A stretch of DNA of 64,000 nt from Monocercomonoides exilis PA203 (Eukaryota > Protista > Preaxostyla), in the NCBI GenBank assembly GCA_001643675.2, contig LSRY02000044.1, positions 310,001-374,000 of the forward strand, written 5' to 3'. Below, one piece after another: positions 36,311 through 47,428 of this stretch (positions are counted from its first letter, which is position 1; each line of letters opens with the position of its first letter). Below the pieces are notes generated by a model. That model worked only from the letters and a program-made list of their open reading frames with translations. It made no database searches and was not told the DNA's origin. The translations under genes and the position numbers were made by a program.

Positions 36311-39300
36311 CTATTTCAAACTGCAACTGCTGCTGGTGCTTCCCTCATCTTCACCATCCTCATCAACTTCACCAACTTCACCAACTTCACCAACTTCATC
36401 ATTATCATTATTATCCTCTCCCTCATTTTCCTGTTCATTTGCTTCGCAATACATCAACGACTGAATCGCAACTGCATCCGAAACTGTCATGATCAGCGCT
36501 TCTTTCGGAAAGTGCCCAAGAAACTCCCGCTTCAAATCTCCCAATGTCGGACGCAGCCCTGCCTCACCCGACAGGCACTCCTTCACCACCTCTTCAAGAC
36601 TCGACTGCTCATCTCCCATCCTCGGTCTCTCCCCACGAACAATCTTATCTCCTGCAATTGCTGCCTCATACTCCCCAAACGGAATCTCCAGTGTCAAGCA
36701 CTCCCACAGCATCATCCCAATCGAAAACACAACCGACTCCTTCGTTGCTCCCATCTTCCTCTTCATCTGCAGCTCTGGCGCCATCCATCTTAAACACTCT
36801 TTTTTGAAGCTGTCTTCATCCTCAAACGCTGATGAGGGAAGAGAGTCACTATCATCATCATCATCATCACTGGCAGATGTCACAACAGTCGACGATGAGA
36901 TCGATGATGAATCTGAGTCATCATCTGACGAGCAGTCCGAATGCATCACGATGCAGATCACCATGTGTTCTGAGAACAGCACAATGTGCGGACTCAGATT
37001 GGAAAGAGAGGAAAGCGGAACTTCCATTTCATCAAACGAGTGGAGTGAGAGATTAGCCACCCAGAACAGGATCTGGGCAGCTGTTTGCTCCCTCTCTTGA
37101 AGAGTGCCAATCACCATCTCTTTCTTCTCATTCCTTCCATGCAACAGCATGAACAACGAATCTCTCAAGTCCACAATCAGTTTCTCATGTGGTGATGAAC
37201 AGGCCATTGCATCCACCAGATTCGACATCGATGAAGTTGTCGGACACAGATCTTCCCCTCGAACAAATGTGGTTTCTGTGTCTGTGGGTGAGATGGATGG
37301 TGACGGTGATCTCTTCCTCATCTCTTCTTCTTCTTCTTTCTCCAATGCCCATTCAGGAATCTTGTCTGAATCCTTTCCAAGAATATATTCTGTCGACCCA
37401 CTCTCAGCCAACAAATACTCTTCTGACTCTGAATGCACCATCGTTTTCACAAGCACCCTCTTCTTTGCATTCTCTTCATTATTCATCTCTTCACTCCTCC
37501 ACTGCGCCTCTGGTGACATCTCCATCATCACCATCTCAAATGCCTTCGGATCCTTCTTGATGTTATCATTCACAATTTCTCTCAAATCTTTGTTCTCTTT
37601 CTTTGCCTTTCTCCATCGAACAGCCAGAACAATAGAAACAATCAGTACAACCAATAATATCACGACCAACACAACGACAATCAATAACCAATATGATTTC
37701 CCTTCTTTTCCTCCTTCAACAATTCTTTCATTTCCATTTTCCTTTGCTTCACTGGCATTCTTCAGAATGAATGGATTTGTTGATGAAGGAGATTCTGCAT
37801 CCCCAAATAAAATATGCACACTCACTTCGATTTCATCTTCATAACTGCTGATCAGATCTTTTCCCACACTCCCTTCTACTTCTTTTTCCAACAAAAACCC
37901 ATTTGAATCAAAATCATGTTTTTCAATTTTTTTCTCTTCTCCCTTCCTCTTCACAACTGAGAATGACAAGTTGCACGGAACAAGAAGCAATCCTTTGAAT
38001 GTCAACTTCATTCTGTTTGTCTCTTCTTTTGCTTCCACACTCTCCAATACAGGAATGAAGAATGATGAATCCCTCTCAGAAACAATCCCTTCAAAACTGC
38101 ACCCTTCATTCAACATCCAAAGTGATGAATTTGGCAAAACTCCATCTCCTCCTTTCAAACTCATCACATTCAATGTTCCAGAATCTGAACAGATGATGTT
38201 TCTTCTCAATGATGGATATCCTTCAATTGATGGGTTGTTGTTCATAAACTCTCCTTTCTCAATTATCACATTTCCCCCACTCATTGTGACTCCACCATCT
38301 GGTGAATTTGATAATGTTGAAACTTTCATAATTAAAGAACTCTTTACAACATCAACAAGAGATCCTGACCATCTGCACATCTCTTCCCCTTCATTCAAAT
38401 TCTTCTCATTTTTTTCGTTTGAACTCCCATCAAAAATGCAACTATCCATTTTCACATCCAAACAATTCTCCAATTTCATCAATTTCCCTTTTGTGGCCTT
38501 TGTACTGACTCTGCCCATTGTGCAGTTTGTCAATTGCATCGTCTTTTTCATTGTCAAGCAAGATATCAATGATTCTTCATTTCCTTCAACTGTGATATTT
38601 TCTGTTTTGAAATCCTTGATTGTTAATTGTCCACATTCGTTTATATCAATCAGAGAAGTTTTAATTGTTGAATTGCAAATCGTTAATAAATAAATAACTG
38701 ATGAAAGTTGAGAAGAAAGATATATTGAAGATTTTTGAAGAATGAGATTTGATATTGCACATCCGTCAAGTTGTAATTCTCCTTTTTCCATATTGATTAT
38801 GTGAAATGGAATGTTGGCTAATTCTATATTTCCTTCTCCAGCCGATTGTTTTGATGAAAATGAGCAATTTATTATCTCAAGAATTCCTCCTTCGGGTGAT
38901 ATCAGTGATTCATGTGAAGAGATGAAATTTGAATCAAACACAAAATTCACTCTCATCGATGAGACTGTTCCCATTGTTGTTATCAATTCCCCTCTTGTTT
39001 TTCTAATGTTTGATTTCACTTCAATTTCACAAAAATCTCTGTTCTTCGAACTCAGACTCATCTCCTCCAGAGTTATTTCTTTTCCAATCACACTCTCAGT
39101 GTCAACATACAATAGACTCACATATTCAGATGTCAGATGCACCAGTCCATGCTCAATTGAATCACATGGAAGTGTGTTTGTTCCACATTGTCTGTCATTC
39201 GATCCATTCACACTGCTCACAATGATTGTGTCACTCTGATGGATCGTAATAAATCCAATAAGATCTGTGTCACCTGGATAATCACAACTATCAATTCCAT

Positions 39301-42300
39301 AAATTGCATTGTAACGCGTATAATGACCTTCTCGAAGATCAAACTGAAATTGACTTTCATTGATCTGAGATGTGATGTTGAAACATTCAATGAAAATGTC
39401 ATTCCCCACTCTTGCTGTATTTGCACTGAATTTCATTCCCACAAATGTGAAATCCAAATCCCCTCTTTCTTTTGTAACCAGATACACTCCTCCTCCTCTC
39501 CCTGAACTAAAACTGCAGCTGCATTGGCTGATTGTTGAGTCAATCATCTTCATTGATCCTGATGCACCCAATGTGAAGAATATTGCCCCTCCTTTTTCAC
39601 TCAATTCTGCTTTGTCTTCTGTTATGTTGCTCTCATTCACAACCAAACAAATCTTATTCTCACTCTTTGATTCCAAAATGCTCGCTCCATTGTCACTTCT
39701 TTTCACTCCTGAAAATGACGAATTATCAATCTCAATATTTATTCCTTCTTCACTTATCTTTGTTGTTGATTCAGATCCTTTGATCAGAAGAAAACATCCT
39801 CCACTTTCATTCAACGATTCCACTCGAACATTCACCAAATGGACTGAAACTCCAGAATCGTGAATAACAAATATGCTGCTTCCAACGTTGCATGATTTCA
39901 TCGACAAATCATTCACTTCCACGCTTCCTCCAATCACATCCACAAATACACAATTAAATCCATTGTTCACTCCTGCTTCTGAATGGAATGAACATCCAGT
40001 TATCACCAATTCTCCATTTTTGTTGGAAATAATTGTTTTGGCTGAGTTGTCAAATCCAGATGTTAGTTGAAGTTGGATGTTGAAAAATTCAAGACGAGCA
40101 TCGTTTTCCATGAAATATTCCAATTGATTTCCAACTGCCTTTTCAAAATTCAATATCGCTTTTGTATCTTCCTCTCCCATCTTTACACCCTTTTTGATCT
40201 GATAATTGGACACATTGAATGAATCTCGAATAATCGTTGATCCTTCAATCTGAATTGTTTTATTTCCTTCTCCGTCTTTCATATTTTCCATTCCTTTCCA
40301 CATCGTCTGACATGGCTCTTCCTCACTTCCACAACGTTCCACATCAAATCCTTCTGATGAGATAAATATCTCAAATGAGCTGTATGGAATCAGAAACATG
40401 AACAAATCCTTTTCTTGATGATAGTCATCACTTCCAACAAACAAAGTTTTGTCATTTGTCATTGATGAATAATCAAACTTGAATGAGTCATTTGTCACAG
40501 TTGTATTCAGATCATATGCAAAAATGAACATATTCCTCCCATATTCTGCCTCATTTCCGTCAAATACAAGAGTATCTGACAACTCAAACAACGCATTTGC
40601 ATCAGCCAGGTGCATCATCACCCCTCCTCCACATCCGCTGCACTTGCATTGATAAAATGTTGTTGTTCCTCCACTGTGCGATGTTGATGTTCCAATTCGT
40701 GCTTCACTTGTTGAATCCTCCAACACAACCTTTATCCCTCCTCCATTTCCATTCGCACACTCACACCCTTCTATTGTTGTATTCCACACCACAAATGTCT
40801 CTCCCTCCTTCACACTCTTTGCTATTACAACGCCATCTCCTTCTGTCCGATTCACATTCCGAATTGTCACATTCCCAAGCAAACTTTCTCCTGATGCCGA
40901 TCCTGTTGATAATGGTTCAGCGAAAAGAGGCTGTGATATTTTCATATTTTCAATCTCCACATCAATCATCTTCAGCTGCCTCAGCGCCACTTCAAACACA
41001 GATGACGAGGTTCCACTCCCTCCTGATGTCGAAGAGTCGATCACCACATCCTCCAGCGAAAGTGTCCCGCTCCCCAGTGACACCACAAACACACTCGGCG
41101 ATGGGCTTCTTGTCGCGTTGTGATCGATTCCCACATGCCCCACCTCCAGTTGGCCAGTAGATATGTGAAACAGCGTTGTTGAAGAGGTTGAAAGAGAATT
41201 CGTCCCAATCACACTCACTGTCTTCCCTCTCCCTGTTATTGTTATCTTCTTTTCCCCAACATTGATCGTCTTCTCTTCACTCACATGCCTTCCACCCAGC
41301 AACGTGATTGTCGAGCTCAGCTGTGCCATGCTCGAACTCACTGCATGCCCCACTGTTTTGCACGGTGCTGTCTCACTCATTCCACACAGATTATTCAAGT
41401 CATTTCCATTCACTCCAACAAATAATAACTTTCCATCCTTCAACCACCACTTTTTTTGTGTTTCCTGAAGACTTGTTCCATTATAGCACACTCTCTTCTC
41501 ATCACTATTCGTTGTGTACGATTCATGGAACGGGTTAGCCGATGAAAAAAGATTGTTTCCATCAGAAAAATACACGTCATATCCAAGTGGAGTGGAATTA
41601 CTGCATCTGCAATCGTGGAAGAAAAAGAAAAAGCAATAAATGTTATTTGGAGCTGTTGACCGTCTTGGATTAAACCAAAATCCTCCACCATATGATAATG
41701 CGCTGCATGAAATAAATTGGATACTCCGCATTTTGAATGCAGCCGGAACACTTTCACAAAGCAACCCTCCGCCACCTATATTTGAAAGAGAACATGAAGT
41801 GAATGAGCACCCAAACACACTAGCACTCTCTCCATTGCCGCTTTCCGTTCCAATACAGGAAGATCCAGAAACCTGAAAAGAATTAAGATAAAGACCTCCT
41901 CCATAATAATATGCCTTACAGTTTTGGAACTCGCACCCACTGACCCTGACGCACGAAGTAATATAATAAGCATATATCCCTCCTCCATAATTATTTTTTG
42001 CAGTACAAGCATTGAATGAGTTGTTCTCAATCTTGATTGAACTGATCTCACGGCACATTATTCCTCCACCATCCCAATATGCAGTGCAGTCATTGAACGA
42101 ACAATACTTCACTAAAAGTGTTCCTGATGCCAGATTATACATGTTAATCGCCCCTCCACTCGATATCCCATCATCGTGAGAATAATTTGTCCCAGTTGTA
42201 TTTGACCCGTTCCACTCACACCAAGTGAATGAATTCGCCCCATTGTCCGTCTGATTTTGTCTCGCTGGTTTCGATGGATTCCCTTCACTCCCGCTGACTG

Positions 42301-43261
42301 CAACATTCTGAGACCGATAGCACCTGACAAACGAGGTGTTCGAGGCAGCCAAGGATGATGAGGGGCTGTTGAGCGAGGGGACAATCCCTCCATCATACAC
42401 ATCCCACACCGATACAAATTCACACCCACTCATCAGAAATGATGTTTGGCTCAGCCCTTCACCCAGATGTGTTGTTTTCAATTGATTTGTCGAGATGTTG
42501 AAGAATTCTAATTGGGAAAGAGATACAAAGTGCGATGAGATGAATGGGGCTGAAGACACACAAAAAGAAGAGAAATGAGAAGAACAAACAGAAACTTGGC
42601 ATTTCTCTGAAATCTCTCCTTCCACTGCTTTTGAAGAGAAAAGTGGAGGAAATATCTGTTCAGTCAAGGATGAGGTTGGAATTGAAGACGATCTGAGTGA
42701 AATGTTGGTGAACAATCCACAGCTCCCACAAAAATCAAAGGGGGGTGTCTCTCTCTCAACTCCAATCACACAGCCACTCACCTCAACAGAACTTCCATCC
42801 GATGCCCTGAGCACACTCTCCCCACCCATTTCCCTCAATCCCAATGAATTCAGTTTCAGTGATGAATTGACCACAACAACACTTCCCTCAACCCCACTCC
42901 CACCACACACACCCTCCTTTCCCCACATTTTCCACTCTTCACAAAAACCCCATTTCTGGACTTTCCCAATCTCTCCACTTCTCCCATTCCATTGTTTTGC
43001 GTATTTCTTCATCATTCTCTCTTCTTTCCAGGTTTCTCCCACTCCACCTTCTTTTCCTTCAATATGTGTGTCAAATAAATGGCAATCTCCAATTTTGTTG
43101 TTTTGAGCCTTCTCTCGCCATGTGCCTTCTGGATAACCCAATTCTCCTTCTTTCGCTGATTCCTCAACAAATCCTGCTCCATCACTTGTGGCACCCTTGC
43201 TCACGCGCCCCACACTAATTATCCACACACAATAAAATATTCCTGACAGCCCTAATTTCAT
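36311..43261 (-). CDS. Large single-pass receptor-like protein, ~2,316 aa: signal peptide, beta-helix / pectin-lyase-like ectodomain, TM helix, degenerate tyrosine-kinase-like domain
   Basis: Intronless ORF with ATG at 43261 (the ORF track starts at an upstream TTG). Hydrophobic N-terminus; many F..C.A..GGG[IL]Y repeats; three G.[DN]...CG...PC modules; TM YWLLIVVVLVVILLVVLIVSIVLAV followed by RWRK; kinase C-lobe LRWMAPE..SVVFSIGMMLWECLTLEIPF..RPTL. Confidence 0.85.
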   Translation of the reverse strand: MKLGLSGIFYCVWIISVGRVSKGATSDGAGFVEESAKEGELGYPEGTWREKAQNNKIGDCHLFDTHIEGKEGGVGETWKEERMMKKYAKQWNGRSGEIGKVQKWGFCEEWKMWGKEGVCGGSGVEGSVVVVNSSLKLNSLGLREMGGESVLRASDGSSVEVSGCVIGVERETPPFDFCGSCGLFTNISLRSSSIPTSSLTEQIFPPLFSSKAVEGEISEKCQVSVCSSHFSSFCVSSAPFISSHFVSLSQLEFFNISTNQLKTTHLGEGLSQTSFLMSGCEFVSVWDVYDGGIVPSLNSPSSSLAASNTSFVRCYRSQNVAVSGSEGNPSKPARQNQTDNGANSFTWCEWNGSNTTGTNYSHDDGISSGGAINMYNLASGTLLVKYCSFNDCTAYWDGGGIMCREISSIKIENNSFNACTAKNNYGGGIYAYYITSCVRVSGCEFQNCKAYYYGGGLYLNSFQVSGSSCIGTESGNGESASVFGCSFTSCSLSNIGGGGLLCESVPAAFKMRSIQFISCSALSYGGGFWFNPRRSTAPNNIYCFFFFFHDCRCSNSTPLGYDVYFSDGNNLFSSANPFHESYTTNSDEKRVCYNGTSLQETQKKWWLKDGKLLFVGVNGNDLNNLCGMSETAPCKTVGHAVSSSMAQLSSTITLLGGRHVSEEKTINVGEKKITITGRGKTVSVIGTNSLSTSSTTLFHISTGQLEVGHVGIDHNATRSPSPSVFVVSLGSGTLSLEDVVIDSSTSGGSGTSSSVFEVALRQLKMIDVEIENMKISQPLFAEPLSTGSASGESLLGNVTIRNVNRTEGDGVVIAKSVKEGETFVVWNTTIEGCECANGNGGGIKVVLEDSTSEARIGTSTSHSGGTTTFYQCKCSGCGGGVMMHLADANALFELSDTLVFDGNEAEYGRNMFIFAYDLNTTVTNDSFKFDYSSMTNDKTLFVGSDDYHQEKDLFMFLIPYSSFEIFISSEGFDVERCGSEEEPCQTMWKGMENMKDGEGNKTIQIEGSTIIRDSFNVSNYQIKKGVKMGEEDTKAILNFEKAVGNQLEYFMENDARLEFFNIQLQLTSGFDNSAKTIISNKNGELVITGCSFHSEAGVNNGFNCVFVDVIGGSVEVNDLSMKSCNVGSSIFVIHDSGVSVHLVNVRVESLNESGGCFLLIKGSESTTKISEEGINIEIDNSSFSGVKRSDNGASILESKSENKICLVVNESNITEDKAELSEKGGAIFFTLGASGSMKMIDSTISQCSCSFSSGRGGGVYLVTKERGDLDFTFVGMKFSANTARVGNDIFIECFNITSQINESQFQFDLREGHYTRYNAIYGIDSCDYPGDTDLIGFITIHQSDTIIVSSVNGSNDRQCGTNTLPCDSIEHGLVHLTSEYVSLLYVDTESVIGKEITLEEMSLSSKNRDFCEIEVKSNIRKTRGELITTMGTVSSMRVNFVFDSNFISSHESLISPEGGILEIINCSFSSKQSAGEGNIELANIPFHIINMEKGELQLDGCAISNLILQKSSIYLSSQLSSVIYLLTICNSTIKTSLIDINECGQLTIKDFKTENITVEGNEESLISCLTMKKTMQLTNCTMGRVSTKATKGKLMKLENCLDVKMDSCIFDGSSNEKNEKNLNEGEEMCRWSGSLVDVVKSSLIMKVSTLSNSPDGGVTMSGGNVIIEKGEFMNNNPSIEGYPSLRRNIICSDSGTLNVMSLKGGDGVLPNSSLWMLNEGCSFEGIVSERDSSFFIPVLESVEAKEETNRMKLTFKGLLLVPCNLSFSVVKRKGEEKKIEKHDFDSNGFLLEKEVEGSVGKDLISSYEDEIEVSVHILFGDAESPSSTNPFILKNASEAKENGNERIVEGGKEGKSYWLLIVVVLVVILLVVLIVSIVLAVRWRKAKKENKDLREIVNDNIKKDPKAFEMVMMEMSPEAQWRSEEMNNEENAKKRVLVKTMVHSESEEYLLAESGSTEYILGKDSDKIPEWALEKEEEEEMRKRSPSPSISPTDTETTFVRGEDLCPTTSSMSNLVDAMACSSPHEKLIVDLRDSLFMLLHGRNEKKEMVIGTLQEREQTAAQILFWVANLSLHSFDEMEVPLSSLSNLSPHIVLFSEHMVICIVMHSDCSSDDDSDSSSISSSTVVTSASDDDDDDSDSLPSSAFEDEDSFKKECLRWMAPELQMKRKMGATKESVVFSIGMMLWECLTLEIPFGEYEAAIAGDKIVRGERPRMGDEQSSLEEVVKECLSGEAGLRPTLGDLKREFLGHFPKEALIMTVSDAVAIQSLMYCEANEQENEGEDNNDNDEVGEVGEVGEVDEDGEDEGSTSSSCSLK

Positions 43262-44199
43262 GCGTCTCAAACTGTTTTCTTTTCTTTTTTCGATTGCAGA
43301 CTAATATGGGTACTTCAACAAAAAATATCATTCAACTTTTGTTGAATATCACTTTATTGTATCAAAATAAATATTTTCCTTTGCTGTTTTTCAACAGTTA
43401 TTTATGATCCGATGAATAATAGAGAATGATTCATCCATTTTTGTTGATGTTCTGATATTTCAGCTGTCACTCTCCGTCCAGCGATATCTGCCTCTGAGAT
43501 GGAACAACATATGATTTAGAGCATATAATTTTGTTGGCTGTATTTTCATGAGAAAAGGCAATTGGGAAAGAAATGAATGATGTGAAGATTTATGAAAACA
43601 GATGAATGGAAGAGGTGTGAACGATGAAAGTTTTGTGGTTCTGCACCACATATAAATGTGTGTCTATTTGTGGATTATTTGTGATATTTTTATTTGAAGA
43701 GATTTTCGACGTTTTGAAAGAAATGAATGTTTTTGCTCAGATTGGCCGAAATGGACACTTTTGGCAAAAGGGATGGGATGCCTGGAACAAGGTTACACAA
43801 GCATTTGGGTTGGGTTTTTGATGTGATTTTCTCACAGATAGAGATGGAATTTCAGTTCAAGGGAAAAAGGCTGAATGGATGAATGAGTGAAAATGGACAT
43901 TTTTTGTTGGGCAAAGAGGTTGCAAAAAGGAATGCAATTGAGATTGGTATGCGATTAACTCTGTTTTATTCGACTTTTTTCACGAAAATACTTTATTTTT
44001 ATTTTTATTTTCTCATATTTTTGGGCAGTGGAAGTTATTTGAGAAATTCCTGATAAATACTGTAATCTGGGAGAATTTCTTTTGAAGAAAGAGATTGAAA
44101 AGGAAAATGAGAGGAAAAATCAGGATGAAGGCAATTTTATAATTGAAATAATTTTGAAGAGGAAAAGATCAAACAACATCGATGATTATGGAGATAAAT

Positions 44200-45066
44200 A
44201 GAAAGATGCAACTGAAACTATTCTTTCGAACATTTTTGGATCATCGTTCATCATCAACGTTTTGGAAAAGGAAAGGGATTAGCATTCACTCATTAACATA
44301 TCCTCAAAGGCAACAAGGATATGATTGAAAGGAAAAGGATTTCTTCTCTTCCAGAACACACATCAAACATCATCATCCTCCACCTTGCACAACCTTCTTT
44401 GTCATCATAGACAGCATCAGAAATGATGCAAAGGGAAAGATTATTTGGCTGATCAATGAAAATTCAACCCATTCCTTTTGTAATTGAGCTGTTGAGAAGA
44501 GGAATGAGGAAATAGAAAGAAACAACATTTTTCATCATGTTGCTTCTCATTGGCAGCTGCACATCAATTCCTTGAGGCCACAGCCATTTGCGATTGTTTT
44601 CTTCTTTCATCTGCGCTGCTGTTCTTGCTTTGGTGTTTGGCCAAACAAATCTTCAATCACACACTCCACAATAAATCTTCTTCTTCACTTTTTCTATCTT
44701 TTAATTTTTCTTCATTATCAACTTCTTCACCTTCTTTGAATTTTTTTTTATCTTCCCTTCTTTCTTTCTTTCTTTATTGTTCTATTTTTTCTCATTCGTT
44801 GACAAGCCTTTTAAGATGTTCCTTATCTTTTCCCACGCACTCTGCACTTCCATATGAAGTTATGCCCAAAGACCCATATTCTGCTTCTTCTTCTGTTTTC
44901 CTGTTTTATTGTTGAATACCATCGGTTGGCGAAATGCTGCACACTTCACTTTCCATTGAATGCTGCTTGCCTGCATCTGCCTCAGCCTCTGCCTTCACAC
45001 ACTTCAGCTGAACCAGGCCAAATGCCTTCACATTAGCGGATCCATCGCCTCTTCCAGCCTGCTATG
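44200..45066 (-). pseudogene. Decayed coding fragment, unknown family
   Basis: One protein-like frame with scattered stops: ..VKAFGLVQLKCVKAEAEADAGKQHSMESEVCSISPTDGIQQ*NRKTEEEAEYGSLG..KRLVNE*EKIEQ*RKKERED..DLLWSVIEDLFGQ.. Confidence 0.45.
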
Positions 45067-45356
45067 ATTCTCTATGTTTCTTTTTGCAAATTATCCGTGC
45101 GCTTCTGAATAGCTGCCTTTCGACTCATTCTCATCACCTCAATATATATATCTTTTTTCTTCTCTTTTTTGATCGAAACTCGAACAAAAGAATGATTTTA
45201 AAAAGAATCAGACTTTTTATTGAAAAGAAAATATGGAAAAAAATAAAATTTTCATATAAAGAAAACGAATGACTTTTTTTTCAATAAAAAAAGATGCAAA
45301 TACAACAGTAACAATAATCCTTTAAACAATTTGATAATGATGAAAAAAGAAATCAC

Positions 45357-46817
45357 TCAAGAACATAAATAATTTGCAAAATATGTCGGATCACTTGGAA
45401 GATAAAAACGCTGTGCTTGATGTTGAAGGATGCTCTTAAGGCTAATAACCAGATCCACAAATCCTTCTTCCTCGAACTTCAAAAGCACATCAATTTTTAC
45501 CATGTTTTGTTTTCTATAAACTCTTTCTTTGCTCTTTTCTTCTCCCATTGAGAAAAAAAGTTCATATAAAAACTTCAGACAAAACTCTGCAAAAATATCA
45601 TTCAAAGTTGGCTGGCGTATTTCTTCAATAATAACTTCGAATGCTCCAATTCTTATTAAGTCATGAATCAAAGCTTTAGTGCTTTTATTTGACATCCTTT
45701 CAAAAATACTCATATTTTGTGAGAAAACACCTCTGAGTTCGACTTCTGTCGATCTATGCAACTTTACAATGCCCGTAATGAATACGTAATTATCTGTTCC
45801 ATTCTTGAATATCCTCATAAAGCAATCGTCCAAAGTATTGCACCATTTCATAATGATTTCCTCGTCTTTCTTTTCATTTTCTCCATTTTCATTTTTCATC
45901 TGATATTTATGCCTTTCTAGCTTTCTTAATTCTCTCGATGCTTCCCTCAAAAAATGTAAGTCATTCACAATCAAATTTTCCATCCCAGCCTCCTTTTGAA
46001 ACCGATAAACTAAAAACCTCCAAGCGGATTGATAAGCAAGATGCGTCAGATTGCGATGTTCCTGATGATTTTTAATGATGTTTGACATACCAACTAAAAA
46101 TAGTTCCTTTTTTATAAACTTTAAAAATAGAATACAAATATTTTTAATCGTTAAGCAAAGCATATAAAAACTCATACGTCGCGCTGATAAAAATTACACA
46201 GTGCCATCAAAGCCATTTCCACCTCATTTTGAGTTTCTTCATTTTTTTCTTTCCTCAATGCAACTTTCAGAAGGCAAGGTATACAAATTGCAAGCATCTG
46301 TTCTTTAAAGTTGAAGGCATCTTCATGCAAAGCCAAATAACTTTCACAAAGATCGGCCATCCACTTCTCATTTTTTCCCTCTTTTTTTGAATATTCATCG
46401 CAAATCATTTTCTCAAATCTATAAAGTAATGCATGACAATTGATATTTTCAGAACGTATTTCTCTCAATATCTTGCAATACTCCAAATGCTTCAACAACA
46501 ACACAGCATATTCAAGCGGAATTTTTTGTTCTTCAATAATTGTCTCAATTACATAAAAAAATCCCATATTGAATATGCCTTCCAATTCGTCCTTTTCCAT
46601 TTTGTGCATCCAGCAAATCATTTTGCCCATTTTCTGTTTTTGATAAATGTTTGTTAAATCTCTGAGTTCAAAGAATGATTCTATTGACAATTTGCATAAA
46701 TAACATTCAATGATAATTGTTAATCAAATGAATTATCTTCATACCCCTGAATAATGCAGTTAAAGTCATTTGTTTCCTTTCGATTATTCCATTCACATTT
46801 TCAAAGGGTCGCATCAT
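45357..46817 (-). CDS. Lineage-specific helical-repeat family protein, ~445 aa, 3 exons (46817-46745, 46680-46178, 46118-45357)
   Basis: Introns of 64 and 59 nt (GTATGA..AG) join the ORFs in frame. Motifs CIPCLLKVAL.KE.NEETQNEVEMALMAL, HQEHRNLTHLAYQSAW.FL and FEEEGF.D resemble, from memory, an expanded Monocercomonoides hypothetical family. Confidence 0.8.
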
Positions 46818-47428
46818 TTGAAACAGTTTGTTATAAAATAGCATATAAATGATTACATATATATTATAGCTTTTGTATTATTAAAACCTGTTTTTTTGTG
46901 AAAGATAATTATTTTCTTTTTTGAGATAAGAAATAGAATTTATTATTCTTTTTCCGATTTTGTTTTTGTGTTTCGTTTTAAATGTTTATTTTTTTGAAAT
47001 TTTATTTTTTCAAGACAATTCATGCAAATTGAAATAAATCAATTATTATTCATGGAATGACGCATTGTTCAACAAAAAATATGAAAAAACAATATTATTA
47101 ATAATTTTTTACAAAAATATGTTATTCTTTTTTTTTCTTCCTGAATGAAACTTTTTGAGTAGTATCTGAAAATTCTATTTTCACAGCATCAAAGGCTTTG
47201 CATTTTTTATATGCAGATTGTTTGAAATTATCAATTTGAAAGATTGTGAATCTTTGATGGAAAAATGAAAAACAATACAAAATGTGACCAAAGGGAGTTT
47301 TTTTTCTTCATCCATATGATTTCATTGATAAGAAAATAGCACTGAAATGAATTCTGACTTTCAGTGAAAGACGATTTAGATTATTTTTTTCTGTCTGATC
47401 CAAGTTTGTAACATTTTTTAATATTTTG

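Noticed and set aside
36489-43218. Plus-strand ORFs opposite the receptor, also seen at 62326-63540
   Set aside because: Antisense shadows; they recur only because the sense gene is duplicated.
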